Origin: Candidatus Hydrogenedentota bacterium | Lineage (GTDB): Bacteria > Hydrogenedentota > Hydrogenedentia > Hydrogenedentales > SLHB01 | DNA: 64,000 nucleotides | Reading direction: 5' to 3' | Assembly (NCBI GenBank): GCA_963674865.2 | Contig: CAXXYE010000001.1 | Coordinates: 128,001 to 192,000 of the forward strand | In this document: positions 10,702 to 20,348 of the stretch, one piece after another | Numbering within the stretch: position 1 is the stretch's first letter | How the letters are laid out: every line of letters starts with the position of its first letter | The notes under the pieces: model-generated | The model's input: only the letters and a program-made list of their open reading frames with translations | What the model was told of the DNA's origin: nothing | Databases searched by the model: none | Made by a program: the position numbers and the translations under genes

Positions 10702-12105
10702 GTGCGCAGGGGCAAGGGCCTTATGGACTCCGCAGCAAAGGATGGGTCAAAGAAGCAAATGGCATCCTCTCAGGCCATAGCGAGCCGTAGTTTCCAGCAC
10801 GGCATACACCCGCCCGAGGGCAAAGAGGTGACGCAGGAGAAGACCATCCAGCGCCTCCCCTTTCCGCCGGAAGTTGTCATTCCTCTTGCCCAACACATTG
10901 GCGCCCTCGCCAAGGCCATTGTCGAGAAGAAGCAAGAAATCGTGCGAGGCGAAGCCATCGCCGACCCGGGCGGCTTTGTATCCGTGGCTATGCACGCGCC
11001 CCTGTCCGGTACGGTTACTAAGATCGATGTGGCTATGGTCGTTAGCGGCGTGATGACACCGGCGGTCTTCATCAAGGGTGGGGAGACCCCCGAGGAAGAT
11101 GTGTGCCACGGCGCCCCCGTCGATGTTGATGCTTTCTCCCCACGCGAGATCGTCGCCGCTGTCCAGAGCGCGGGCCTAGTCGGCCTTGGCGGCGCCGCCT
11201 TTCCGACCCATGTGAAACTGACGGTGCCCGAAGGCAAGTCCATCGACACCGTGATCGTAAACGGGTGCGAGTGCGAGCCGTGCTTGACCACCGACCATCG
11301 CGTCATGCTCGAGCAGATGGACGACCTTCTCGCGGGAATCCGCCTCGCCCTGCGCGCCACGGGTGCGCCTCGCGCCCTTATTGGCATTGAGACAAACAAG
11401 CCGGACGCTATTGCCGCTCTCCGAGAGGCCATTCCCGAGCACGATCCCATCTCCGTCGCCCCCGTTCGTACGAAGTATCCCCAGGGGGCCGAACGGATGC
11501 TGATCAGGGCCCTGTTGAATCGCGAGGTGCCCTCCGGAGGCCTCCCGAGCGATGTCAGCGCAGCCGTCTTCAACGTGGCCACCCTGGCCCAGATGGGCGC
11601 GCTCTTGCCCAAGGGACAAGGGCTCATTGAGCGCGTTGTCACCGTCACCGGCGGCGGCGTCGAGAGGCCCGGGAACTACGTCATACCCATGGGCACAAGC
11701 CTGCGGTTTGTGCTCGACTACCTGGGCTTCAAAGGCTCCGCCCGCCAGGTGATCCTCGGCGGCCCCATGATGGGCCCCGCCGCGCCGTCCTTGGATATCC
11801 CCGTGACGAAGGGCGTGTCCGGCATACTTGTGTTAACGGAGGACGAACTGGCGGCCCTTCCCAAGAAGGTGTTCCCGTGCATTCGCTGCGGCAAGTGCGT
11901 CCAGGTCTGTCCGATGTTCCTCAATCCATCGCGCATGGGCCTGCTCGCGCGGAACGGGCAGTATGAGCTGATGGAGCAGGCGTTTCATCTCAACGACTGT
12001 TTTGAGTGCGGATGCTGTGCTTACACCTGCCCATCCAACATCCCCCTCGTGCAGTACTTCCGCATGGCCAAGACCGCGAATCGCAAACGAAAGGCGAAAA
12101 AGTGA
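10702..12105 (+). CDS. rnfC: Rnf complex subunit C
   Basis: GLVGLGGAAFPTHVK, NGCECEP, KYPQGAE, GGPMMG, two 4Fe-4S motifs. Start uncertain (10702/10723/10759). Confidence 0.95.
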   Translation: MRRGKGLMDSAAKDGSKKQMASSQAIASRSFQHGIHPPEGKEVTQEKTIQRLPFPPEVVIPLAQHIGALAKAIVEKKQEIVRGEAIADPGGFVSVAMHAPLSGTVTKIDVAMVVSGVMTPAVFIKGGETPEEDVCHGAPVDVDAFSPREIVAAVQSAGLVGLGGAAFPTHVKLTVPEGKSIDTVIVNGCECEPCLTTDHRVMLEQMDDLLAGIRLALRATGAPRALIGIETNKPDAIAALREAIPEHDPISVAPVRTKYPQGAERMLIRALLNREVPSGGLPSDVSAAVFNVATLAQMGALLPKGQGLIERVVTVTGGGVERPGNYVIPMGTSLRFVLDYLGFKGSARQVILGGPMMGPAAPSLDIPVTKGVSGILVLTEDELAALPKKVFPCIRCGKCVQVCPMFLNPSRMGLLARNGQYELMEQAFHLNDCFECGCCAYTCPSNIPLVQYFRMAKTANRKRKAKK

Positions 12106-13163
12106 CAGAGGGTGTCGCGCCCATACAACTGCGGACCTCGCCCCACATCAGGCAGGCCGTCACGACCGACGTGATCATGCTCAACGTCGTGTACGCCTTG
12201 CTGCCTGTGGTGGCGTTTGCGGTGTTCGCCTTTGGGATCAGCGCCCTGGCGCTCGTATTGGTGGCCACGGCTTCCGCTGTGCTAACGGAACACCTTGTCC
12301 AAAAGCTGGCGGGCAAGAAGACCACCATCAACGACTACAGCGCCGTGATCACCGGGATTCTACTCGCCTTGACCTTGCCCCCGGGCTTTCCCCTTTGGAT
12401 GGCGGCCGTCGGTGGCATCGTTTCGATAGCCCTCGGCAAGGCCCTTTTCGGCGGCTTGGGCTTCAACGTGTTCAATCCCGCCCTGGTGGCGCGCGCCTTC
12501 CTTCAAGCGGCCTTCCCCGTGGCAATCACGACATGGAGCCCCGCGTTCATCACCACACGCTTCACGCAGTTCATACCATCGTCCCTCGCCTGGCCTTTCC
12601 TGTCTGCTGATGCCGACGCCTTCGCCGCCTATGTCAAGAACGCCGCCATTGACGGATGGACAGGCGCCACCCCGCTCTCCCGAATGAAATTCGAGGGGCA
12701 GTTCGAGCCTGTGGCCAGTCTCTTCTCAGGAACCGTCGCAGGTTCCGCCGGCGAGACGGCCGCGTGGCTAATCCTCCTCTGCGGCGTATACTTGGCTGTC
12801 CGCAAGATGCTGGACTGGCGCATTCCCGTAGGAATGCTCGGAAGTGTCGTCGTCTTCAGTCTTGTTTTCTACTTGCTTGACGGAACGAAATACCCCAATC
12901 CGTTCTTCATGCTCTTCTCCGGCGGCCTGATGCTGGGAGCGGTCTTCATGGCAACGGATATGGTGACCTGCCCCACGACGCCCCTCGGCGTATGGATCTA
13001 CGCCCTGCTGCTCGGATTTCTGACGGTTCTTATCCGACTCAAGGGTGGCCTGCCCGAGGGTGTCATGTACGCCATCTTGCTCGGTAATGCGGTAACGCCG
13101 CTCATCAATATGTACACGCAGCCGCGGATATACGGCGCCAAGAAAGTTACGGCCCCATCATGA
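12102..13163 (+). CDS. rnfD: Rnf complex subunit D
   Basis: SPHI, GGLGFNVFNPAL, FMN site GATPL, FMATD. GTGA overlap with the rnfC stop. Confidence 0.95.
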   Translation: MTEGVAPIQLRTSPHIRQAVTTDVIMLNVVYALLPVVAFAVFAFGISALALVLVATASAVLTEHLVQKLAGKKTTINDYSAVITGILLALTLPPGFPLWMAAVGGIVSIALGKALFGGLGFNVFNPALVARAFLQAAFPVAITTWSPAFITTRFTQFIPSSLAWPFLSADADAFAAYVKNAAIDGWTGATPLSRMKFEGQFEPVASLFSGTVAGSAGETAAWLILLCGVYLAVRKMLDWRIPVGMLGSVVVFSLVFYLLDGTKYPNPFFMLFSGGLMLGAVFMATDMVTCPTTPLGVWIYALLLGFLTVLIRLKGGLPEGVMYAILLGNAVTPLINMYTQPRIYGAKKVTAPS

Positions 13164-13876
13164 CCACCGCCACCGATACAACCCCGGCCCCCCAGGCGCA
13201 GGCCGCCAACAGCTTCGCGATGATCCGCACCCTCAGCGGCATCGCGCTCGTTTCCGGCGTCCTGTTGGCCCTTGTCTATCAGGCCACCTTCGATATCATC
13301 AAAGCCAACAAGGAAGAAGCCGTTAAGAATGCCGTGTTCGCGGTGCTTCCGGGCCTTTCCGAAGCGCATCCGCCCGTCGCGTTTGGACTGAATCCCGACA
13401 CGGGAGAGCTTGTAGAGCTCGCGAGCGACGGTGATGTTCTGGCGGAGGGATTCGAGAAGATCTACGTCGGTTTCGACGACGCCGGCCAGTTCGTGGGCGT
13501 GGCGCTCCCTGCCAGTGGACAAGGCTACGGCGATGTTATCCGTGTCATGTACGGCTACACACCCGCCGCCGAGCAGATCACTGGCCTCAAAATCCTCGAA
13601 AGCAAAGAAACTCCGGGACTTGGCGATCGCATCGGCAAAGAGCCATTCCTTGACAACTTCCGCGGCATGGACGTCAAGATGGATGACGCCAGAGAATCGC
13701 TCCTCCACGCAATCCAATGGGTGAAGCACGGCGAGAAAACGGAGCCCTGGCAGGTGGACGGCATCTCGGGCGCGACGATTTCTTCCACGGCCATCGCTAG
13801 GATGCTTCGGGAAAGCACCCAAAGGCTTCTGCCCGCCGTGAACGCCAAACTCGACGAACTTAAGGACGCGGGCTGA
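13160..13876 (+). CDS. rnfG: Rnf complex subunit G
   Basis: N-terminal TM, GQGYG, ETPGLG, FMN-attachment motif SGATISS. Confidence 0.93.
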   Translation: MTTATDTTPAPQAQAANSFAMIRTLSGIALVSGVLLALVYQATFDIIKANKEEAVKNAVFAVLPGLSEAHPPVAFGLNPDTGELVELASDGDVLAEGFEKIYVGFDDAGQFVGVALPASGQGYGDVIRVMYGYTPAAEQITGLKILESKETPGLGDRIGKEPFLDNFRGMDVKMDDARESLLHAIQWVKHGEKTEPWQVDGISGATISSTAIARMLRESTQRLLPAVNAKLDELKDAG

Positions 13877-14517
13877 TGGCCAACAACAACAGACACGGCC
13901 CCTCGGACATGGAGACTTTCCTGCGGGGCCTCTGGGAAGAGAACCCAGTCTTCGTGATGCTCCTCGGGATGTGTCCCACGCTGGCCGTCACGAACACCGT
14001 CATGAACTGCATCGCCATGGGCCTCGCGGCCAGCTTCGTGCTCGTCATGTCCAGCGTCCTGGTATCGCTGTTCAGGAAGTTCATCCCCAAGCAGGTGCGG
14101 ATCGCCACGTTCATCCTCATTATCGCCACCTTCGTTACCATTGTGGACTACGTCATTCAGGCCATTAGCCTGGAGCTTTACGCCAGTCTTGGCGCGTTCA
14201 TCCAGTTGATCGTCGTCAACTGCATCATTCTCGGCCGCGCCGAGGCCTACGCCTCCAAGAACAACGTCAAGAAGGCCGCCATTGATGCGCTAGGCATGGG
14301 GGCGGGCTTCACCTTCGCGCTTCTCTGCCTGGGCGTGGTGCGCGAGCTGCTGGGCAGCGGCACCCTCCTGGGCTATCCGGTTCTCGGCTCCCATTTCGAG
14401 CCCTGGGCCGTCATGATTCTGCCCCCGGGCGCCTTCTTCGTACTGGGCACGTGGTTGCTGATATTCAACGCCATGCGCGAGCGATCTGCGCGCAAAGCGC
14501 GGGAAAAGGCGGCGTAA
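13876..14517 (+). CDS. rnfE: Rnf complex subunit E
   Basis: ENPVFVMLLGMCPTLAVT, LIVVNCIILGRAE, LPPGAF. Confidence 0.95.
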   Translation: MANNNRHGPSDMETFLRGLWEENPVFVMLLGMCPTLAVTNTVMNCIAMGLAASFVLVMSSVLVSLFRKFIPKQVRIATFILIIATFVTIVDYVIQAISLELYASLGAFIQLIVVNCIILGRAEAYASKNNVKKAAIDALGMGAGFTFALLCLGVVRELLGSGTLLGYPVLGSHFEPWAVMILPPGAFFVLGTWLLIFNAMRERSARKAREKAA

Positions 14518-15099
14518 ATGGATCCGGATTCCCTGAGCTTCATCTTCCTCAACGCATGCATCATCAACAACTTCGTGTTGAGCATGTTCCTCGGCATTTG
14601 CCCCTTCCTCGGCGTGTCCGGTAAGCGCGACACGGCCCTCCGCATGGGCGCCGCCGTCATCTTCGTCATGCTGGTGAGTTCCGCCTGTGCCTACGGCATC
14701 AACGCGCTGCTTGTCAAGCTCAACGTCGAGTATCTGCGCCTCATCTGCTACATCGCCGTCATCGCCTCGGCCGTCCAACTCGTCGAGATGTTCATCAAGA
14801 AATTCAGCCCCGGCCTGTTCCGCGCCTTGGGGATCTTCCTTCCCCTCATTACCACCAACTGCGCCATCCTGGGCTTGGCCCTCTTCCAAACCCAGCGCGA
14901 GTACAACTTCTTCCAGTGCCTGGCCTTTGCCCTCGGCGCCGGCGGCGGATTCACCCTGGCGCTGATGATCATGTCCGGGCTGCGCGAGGAACTCGACCTT
15001 GCCGACGTGCCCAACGTCGTCAAGGGCGCTGCGCTCACCCTAATCCTCGCCGGCATCCTGTCCTTGGCCTTCATGGGATTTGCGGGCCTCGGCGGCTGA
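14518..15099 (+). CDS. rnfA: Rnf complex subunit A
   Basis: NNFVLSMFLGICPFLGVS, LPLITTNCAILG. Confidence 0.95.
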   Translation: MDPDSLSFIFLNACIINNFVLSMFLGICPFLGVSGKRDTALRMGAAVIFVMLVSSACAYGINALLVKLNVEYLRLICYIAVIASAVQLVEMFIKKFSPGLFRALGIFLPLITTNCAILGLALFQTQREYNFFQCLAFALGAGGGFTLALMIMSGLREELDLADVPNVVKGAALTLILAGILSLAFMGFAGLGG

Positions 15100-15102
15100 G
15101 TC

Positions 15103-15309
15103 ATGCTCTCCTATCTCATAGGAGCATTCGGTGTCCTCATCGTCGTGCTCCTCTGGGTGGGCGTCCAGCGCTGGGCCGTTCACAACTCCCCCGAGCTCCC
15201 CGCCGACTGCGATATGCTCGAAGTCGGCCACCGCTGCCACCACTGCGGCCACCGCGACGCCTGCCCTGCCTTCACCGACCACGAAGACGACGCGCCCGGC
15301 GAGGACTGA
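15103..15309 (+). CDS. Small single-TM Cys-rich protein (NqrM-like architecture)
   Basis: Starts 3 bp after rnfA; hydrophobic N-terminus, then C-x8-CxxC-x5-C and an acidic tail. Confidence 0.7.
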   Translation: MLSYLIGAFGVLIVVLLWVGVQRWAVHNSPELPADCDMLEVGHRCHHCGHRDACPAFTDHEDDAPGED

Positions 15310-15506
15310 CTTACCAAGAGGCGGGTGAGAGGGATTGAGCACGTATTTTCGGATGTAGTGAACCACACCGGATCCCCACTGGTTCCGAAGCGGAGCAGGC
15401 CGAGGTGAACCTGGAAAGGTAGGGGATCATCGCCCGAGGCTTGCATCCCGCCGCCCCTTTCTTCTATAACCGAGGTCCACCCACAAGGCGTTGAAAGGGA
15501 CCCCGT

Positions 15507-16472
15507 ATGACCAGCAAGGAGCTTGTGACTCGCACGATTCGGTTTGAGGGCGCGGATCGGCTTCCCTACGATTTCCCGGAGCGCTACGGCTCCGATTTCG
15601 CCTCCGTAGGCATGTCGCCGTCGCCTGATAGTCGCCCTTCCAACGCAACGGATGAGTGGGGGGCCGTCTGGCGAAACATCGGCAAAATGAACCTAGGAGA
15701 GGTAAAGGACTTCCCCCTCAAGGACTGGAATGAGTTCGACAGCCTGAACATCCCCGACATTCACGATCCGAAACGCTGGACAGGCCTGGACGGCGCGCGC
15801 GAACGTGCGGGCGACAAGTTCCTCCTCGCTAGCGGTATTTCGATTTACGAGCGCGTCCATTTCATTCGTGGATTGCAGAACACGTGGATGGACATTTACA
15901 CCGCCCCTGAGCAACTCGGCAGACTCATCGATATCCTTGTGGAGATGAATCTGGCCGCTATCGAGCGCTACGCCGCGGCCGGCGCCGACGGCTACATCTT
16001 CTGCGATGACTGGGGACTTCAGAACCGCCTCATGATTCCCCCGGAGGCATGGCGGGAGATCTGGAAACCGCGCTATGCGCGCATCTACGCTGCCGCCCGT
16101 GACGCCGGCCTCGTGACGTTTCTTCACAGTTGCGGCTACATCGTGGATATTCTCGACGACCTCATCGAGATCGGCCTCGACGTCATTCACATGGATCAGC
16201 AGGAGAACATGGGACTTGAGGTGCTCGGCGAGCGATTCGGCGGGCGCATCACCTTCTTCTCGCCTGTGGATATTCAGCACACCATGGTTTACGGCACGCT
16301 CGACGATATCCGGGCGTACTGCCGTGAGATGGCTCGTTTGCTCGGCCGCCCCACCGGCGGCTTCATCCCGCGCTGGTACAGCGATCCCGTGGGCGCGGGA
16401 CACCGGCAAGAGGCGATTGACGTGATGTGCGAGGAATTCCTTCGCGCTGGTGCCTGTGAAGGAACAGAGTAA
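15507..16472 (+). CDS. Uroporphyrinogen decarboxylase / MtaA-like family protein
   Basis: DEWG, RGLQN, DDWG, HSCG, DIQ motifs. Confidence 0.8.
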   Translation: MTSKELVTRTIRFEGADRLPYDFPERYGSDFASVGMSPSPDSRPSNATDEWGAVWRNIGKMNLGEVKDFPLKDWNEFDSLNIPDIHDPKRWTGLDGARERAGDKFLLASGISIYERVHFIRGLQNTWMDIYTAPEQLGRLIDILVEMNLAAIERYAAAGADGYIFCDDWGLQNRLMIPPEAWREIWKPRYARIYAAARDAGLVTFLHSCGYIVDILDDLIEIGLDVIHMDQQENMGLEVLGERFGGRITFFSPVDIQHTMVYGTLDDIRAYCREMARLLGRPTGGFIPRWYSDPVGAGHRQEAIDVMCEEFLRAGACEGTE

Positions 16473-16523
16473 AAGGGGACATGTTGCAAGCGCCGTCCCC
16501 GGCGCGACTACGTGTCCCCCTTT
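16472..16523. repeat. REP-like palindrome, family 2, copy 1
   Basis: AAAGGGGACATGTTGCAAGCGCCGTCCCCGGCGCGACTACGTGTCCCCCTTT; near-identical to the copy at 19245. Confidence 0.8.
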
Positions 16524-16617
16524 CCGGACACCACGTGAAGACGCCCGTTGTGGCCTAGCTGATACGAAAGCGGCGAAACGCTGCAAGCCCTCGGTTTATG
16601 AAGGAGTACGGAAAGAA

Positions 16618-19176
16618 GTGAGAAGTATCGAAGTGTTTGCTGCCGGTTCCTTGTTCCTTATCATCACGGCCTGTGTTTGCGGCACAGCCGTTGCCGATGA
16701 CGCCGCGCTTGACCTGGCCTCGGACTGGCGGTTTCAGGCCGATCCTGACAACCGGGGCGAGGCCGATGGCTGGTTCGCCACCGACTACGCCGCCGCCGCT
16801 TGGGCGCTTATTGACGCCGGAAAAAAATGGGAGGACCAAGGCTTCGCCGACCTCGATGGCCACGCCTGGTACCGCAAGTGGATCGATGTCCCTGCGTCAT
16901 GGCGCGACAAAGACGTCTGGATCGCCTTCGGCGGCGTCAACGATTCCTATACGCTCTACTGCAACGGAAGCCGCGTTGGCGCCTACGGCGACAAAGACAC
17001 GTACAGCACCGCCAAGATGGGGACCTCCGCCGACCTCACCGCTCTTATCCGCCCGGGCGAGCGCAATCTCATAACCGTTGACGTGTACGACTGGGCGCTG
17101 AGCGGAGGCATCTGGCGGCTCCCTTGCATCCTCACCACCGACCCGGCCAAGCTGCCCGAGGCCATACTCGTCGAGGGATATAGCTCCGTCGAGGATGAGG
17201 AGATCATCCTCCAGATTTTGCCCACCGGCCTCGGCGCCGAGCGGCCCAATATCCGCTTCACCATCGACCTGTATGTGGAAGGCCGGACGAAGCCGTTACA
17301 GACAACCACCGAAGTGCTGACGCCCGATCAAGCCGTACTCTACACCACCTTTCACGTCCGCGGCGGGAACGAGACGCGGGAATACACCTGTCGTACTGAG
17401 GGGCGCGCGGACAACGGCAAGCTCGTGCCCGGCACCGTTGCGCTGGCCGGCGTTGAATGGACGGGGGAAGCCCGCCCGGCGGCTGCGTACAAAGGAGCCA
17501 AGATCCTCAACAACTTCGTCGCGGAACTGCTCAACAAACGCTGCTCCAAACAGAGTGAGGACGAATACGTCTTCGCAAATCCTCGTGACGGCTGGGTGTT
17601 CATTTCACTTGACGCTTCCCGCGAAGGAGATAAACCTGTGTCGGCCTCCCGGCCCGAGGCCCATCTGGACGGCGGCGACGCCCTTGTCTGGCGGCCCTAT
17701 CCCGAGAGCGGCGCCCTCGAGGCCATGCGCTGCCTTCCCCAGGGAGAACACACGCTCCGCCTCGCGGAAGCTCAGGGAATGCGGCTCGTCGTTCGGGCGA
17801 TCCCCGAACTTATCTTCTGCTATTACCCCCTGAAGCCTGTTCTGCCCGAGCAGGCTACATACGATTGGGACTACATGGCCCGCCATGTCCTCTCAAACGT
17901 GAATGGCCTCGTAACGCATCCCGGTATGCCGTTGTCTGAGGAAGAGATCGATCAGTGGGCTCGCGAGGGCCGCAAGTGGATCGCGCGCGCCCCCTTGGCC
18001 GGACTCCACCAACCGGAGCCGCCCACGGCCGAGGCCGTCTATGCCAATTGGCGCGATGCCCTTGGTACGACCGATCCGCGCTTCTCCGGCCTTATCGTAG
18101 ACGAATTCATCAACTCGGGCACCATCGACTACTACAAGCCGTGGGCGGCAGGACTCGAAATGCTCGCGCACGATCCGAATTTCGAGGCCAAGACCTTCTA
18201 CGCATGGTGCGGCCTGATGGCGCGCTATGAGGCCACGGCGCCTTTCCGGCCCGTGATTACGAAGAATGGCTACCGCTTCGTCTGGGAGCAGTACATGCCG
18301 GAGCAAGTTAGCCTTGCCGACGCGCGGTGCTACTTGCTCCGGCGGCTCGTGGCGCACTCCCGCGTGTGGGAGAAGAAAGATCCCGGCGCCGCGCCGCACA
18401 TCGTCCAGTGCCCGGCCCTCTTCTGCGCGCCGCCAAGCACCGTCAACCTGAATCCCGGCGTCGACTACAGAGTCTACCTCGACATGCAATTCCGCATTAT
18501 GGCGACTGAACCTGCCCTCTGGGGGCAAGCCGGCGTATTACCTTGGACGGCCAACTACGCCGACGAGGATGTCCTCCGCTGGATCAGCCGCCTGGAGAGG
18601 CACTACTGCATCGAAGGCCGGCGTACGCCGATGTCCCAAGATCCCTACCTGCTGCCGCACCTCAAGAACACCGATTTTGACGAGGGCCTCAAGCATTGGG
18701 CCGCTGACTCCGCTGCACCCGGAGCGATCACGGCCGAGTACCGGCGGGGCTTTGGTGAGAGTCAGGGCCGCTACGGCATGGCCGGCGCCGGCAACCATTT
18801 CATTCTGGTGCGGCAATCGCCTGATCGCGCCAACTACATCCGGCAACCTGTCAGGGCGCTGACGCCCGGCCGGCTCTATTCTCTAAAGCTCATCGCGGCC
18901 GACCTCGCCCATCCCGCGTGTGAAGAGATACTCCCGATATCCATCCAACTGGCCGATGCGGATGTGCGGGACGGACTATCCTACGTGTCACGCTATCACG
19001 GGCGAAATCTCGCCGTTGAGGAGGGCAAGAACATTCGCCCCGATTTCGATTATCATCGGCTGGTTTTCATGGCGACGGCCTCCGAGACGACTCTGACAAT
19101 CGCCGATCAGCCAGGCGCCGAAGGGCGCGAACTGGCCATCAACTTCGTCGAATTGCAGCCGTACGATGCGCCTTAG
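16618..19176 (+). CDS. Secreted protein with an N-terminal GH2-type sugar-binding jelly roll; putative glycoside hydrolase
   Basis: Signal peptide (AVA); WRFQAD...GHAWYRK...FGGVND..LYCNG. GTG start after AAGGAG. Confidence 0.6.
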   Translation: MRSIEVFAAGSLFLIITACVCGTAVADDAALDLASDWRFQADPDNRGEADGWFATDYAAAAWALIDAGKKWEDQGFADLDGHAWYRKWIDVPASWRDKDVWIAFGGVNDSYTLYCNGSRVGAYGDKDTYSTAKMGTSADLTALIRPGERNLITVDVYDWALSGGIWRLPCILTTDPAKLPEAILVEGYSSVEDEEIILQILPTGLGAERPNIRFTIDLYVEGRTKPLQTTTEVLTPDQAVLYTTFHVRGGNETREYTCRTEGRADNGKLVPGTVALAGVEWTGEARPAAAYKGAKILNNFVAELLNKRCSKQSEDEYVFANPRDGWVFISLDASREGDKPVSASRPEAHLDGGDALVWRPYPESGALEAMRCLPQGEHTLRLAEAQGMRLVVRAIPELIFCYYPLKPVLPEQATYDWDYMARHVLSNVNGLVTHPGMPLSEEEIDQWAREGRKWIARAPLAGLHQPEPPTAEAVYANWRDALGTTDPRFSGLIVDEFINSGTIDYYKPWAAGLEMLAHDPNFEAKTFYAWCGLMARYEATAPFRPVITKNGYRFVWEQYMPEQVSLADARCYLLRRLVAHSRVWEKKDPGAAPHIVQCPALFCAPPSTVNLNPGVDYRVYLDMQFRIMATEPALWGQAGVLPWTANYADEDVLRWISRLERHYCIEGRRTPMSQDPYLLPHLKNTDFDEGLKHWAADSAAPGAITAEYRRGFGESQGRYGMAGAGNHFILVRQSPDRANYIRQPVRALTPGRLYSLKLIAADLAHPACEEILPISIQLADADVRDGLSYVSRYHGRNLAVEEGKNIRPDFDYHRLVFMATASETTLTIADQPGAEGRELAINFVELQPYDAP

Positions 19177-19244
19177 CAAAGACTCTCGCAAGTAGGTGCC
19201 GTATTGCTCCAAGAGTACGCGGAGTACGTGAAGGAATGCCGGAA

Positions 19245-19298
19245 GAAGAGGGGACATGTTCCAAGCGCCGTCCCCGGCGCGACAACGTGTCCCTCTTT
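19245..19298. repeat. REP-like palindrome, family 2, copy 2
   Basis: GAGGGGACATGTTCCAAGCGCCGTCCCCGGCGCGACAACGTGTCCCTCTTT. Confidence 0.8.
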
Positions 19299-19431
19299 CG
19301 GATGGGCCGTGCTTTATGGCGGACTCGTAAGTGTGTTTGAAGGGCGCATCGCGCACCAATAATGCTCGGTGTTCGATGGCACGTTCTTGTCGTGATATCG
19401 CTGTCTCGGATCTCACCGAATGGAGAGAAAC

Positions 19432-20316
19432 ATGGAAGACATCATTGTCGGCGTCATTCAGATGAACGCCCCCTGCGGACGGATCGAGGAGAACCTCGCG
19501 AGGCACGATGCCCTGGCCAGGAAGGCCGCGAAGCGGGGGGCGGAACTGATCTGCTTCCCCGAGCTTAGTATCAGCGGGCACTACGTGGACGCCGCCGCAT
19601 GGAAATGCGGCGAACCTGTCCCCGGAGGGCCTTCCTGCCGCGCCATCGAGGCCCTTGCCCGCGAGTTGAACGTCTTCATCTCCGCCGGCATCGGCGAGCG
19701 GCGCGGCAACGCCACCTACAATACGCAATTCCTCGTCGGGCCCGGCGGATATATCGGCAAGTACAGCAAGACGCACGCCTCCGGCGATGAATACTTCTAC
19801 TTCAGCATGGGTGCTGAGTTCCCCGTCTTCGACATCGGGAAGTGCAAAGTCGGCATGCTTGTATGCTACGACATCGCCTTTCCCGAAGTGGCGCGGATAC
19901 TCGCGCTCAACGGCGCTGAGGTGATTCTCGCGCCGCACGCGTCCCGCTGCGGCCAAACCAAGCCTGCGGAAGAGCGGCAGCGCGTGATGAACATGCTCAA
20001 GTTCTATGATCGCGTCGGCTGGGCCCGCGCCAACGACAACGGCGTATTCATGATCATGAATAATCAGTCCGGTGATGCAGGCAAGCATTTGAAGTTGAAC
20101 ATCGTTCACGGCGGCGGCATGCTCGTGAAAGGCCCTGACGGCGAGACTATCTCCCGATCCAGGCGGCGGCGCTTCGGCGAAGAAGTAATGATAGCTGAAC
20201 TGAAGGCGGAGGACTTCGTCAAGAACCACGCCCGCCGCTGTCATCCCATGCAGACGCGCCGCCCGGAGATCTACGGCCGTATCGCCGATACCTCGGGCCT
20301 TTTAGACAGAACCTAG
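19432..20316 (+). CDS. Carbon-nitrogen hydrolase (nitrilase superfamily)
   Basis: Catalytic triad motifs FPE, YSKTH, VCYD. Confidence 0.9.
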   Translation: MEDIIVGVIQMNAPCGRIEENLARHDALARKAAKRGAELICFPELSISGHYVDAAAWKCGEPVPGGPSCRAIEALARELNVFISAGIGERRGNATYNTQFLVGPGGYIGKYSKTHASGDEYFYFSMGAEFPVFDIGKCKVGMLVCYDIAFPEVARILALNGAEVILAPHASRCGQTKPAEERQRVMNMLKFYDRVGWARANDNGVFMIMNNQSGDAGKHLKLNIVHGGGMLVKGPDGETISRSRRRRFGEEVMIAELKAEDFVKNHARRCHPMQTRRPEIYGRIADTSGLLDRT

Positions 20317-20348
20317 ACGAAAACGACAGGCACAAAGGAGTACACAAC

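Noticed and set aside
15308..15345. SAM-I riboswitch (CTTACCAAGAG...GAGGGA resemblance)
   Set aside because: Lacks the AUC start, GCAACC and the matching 3' elements.
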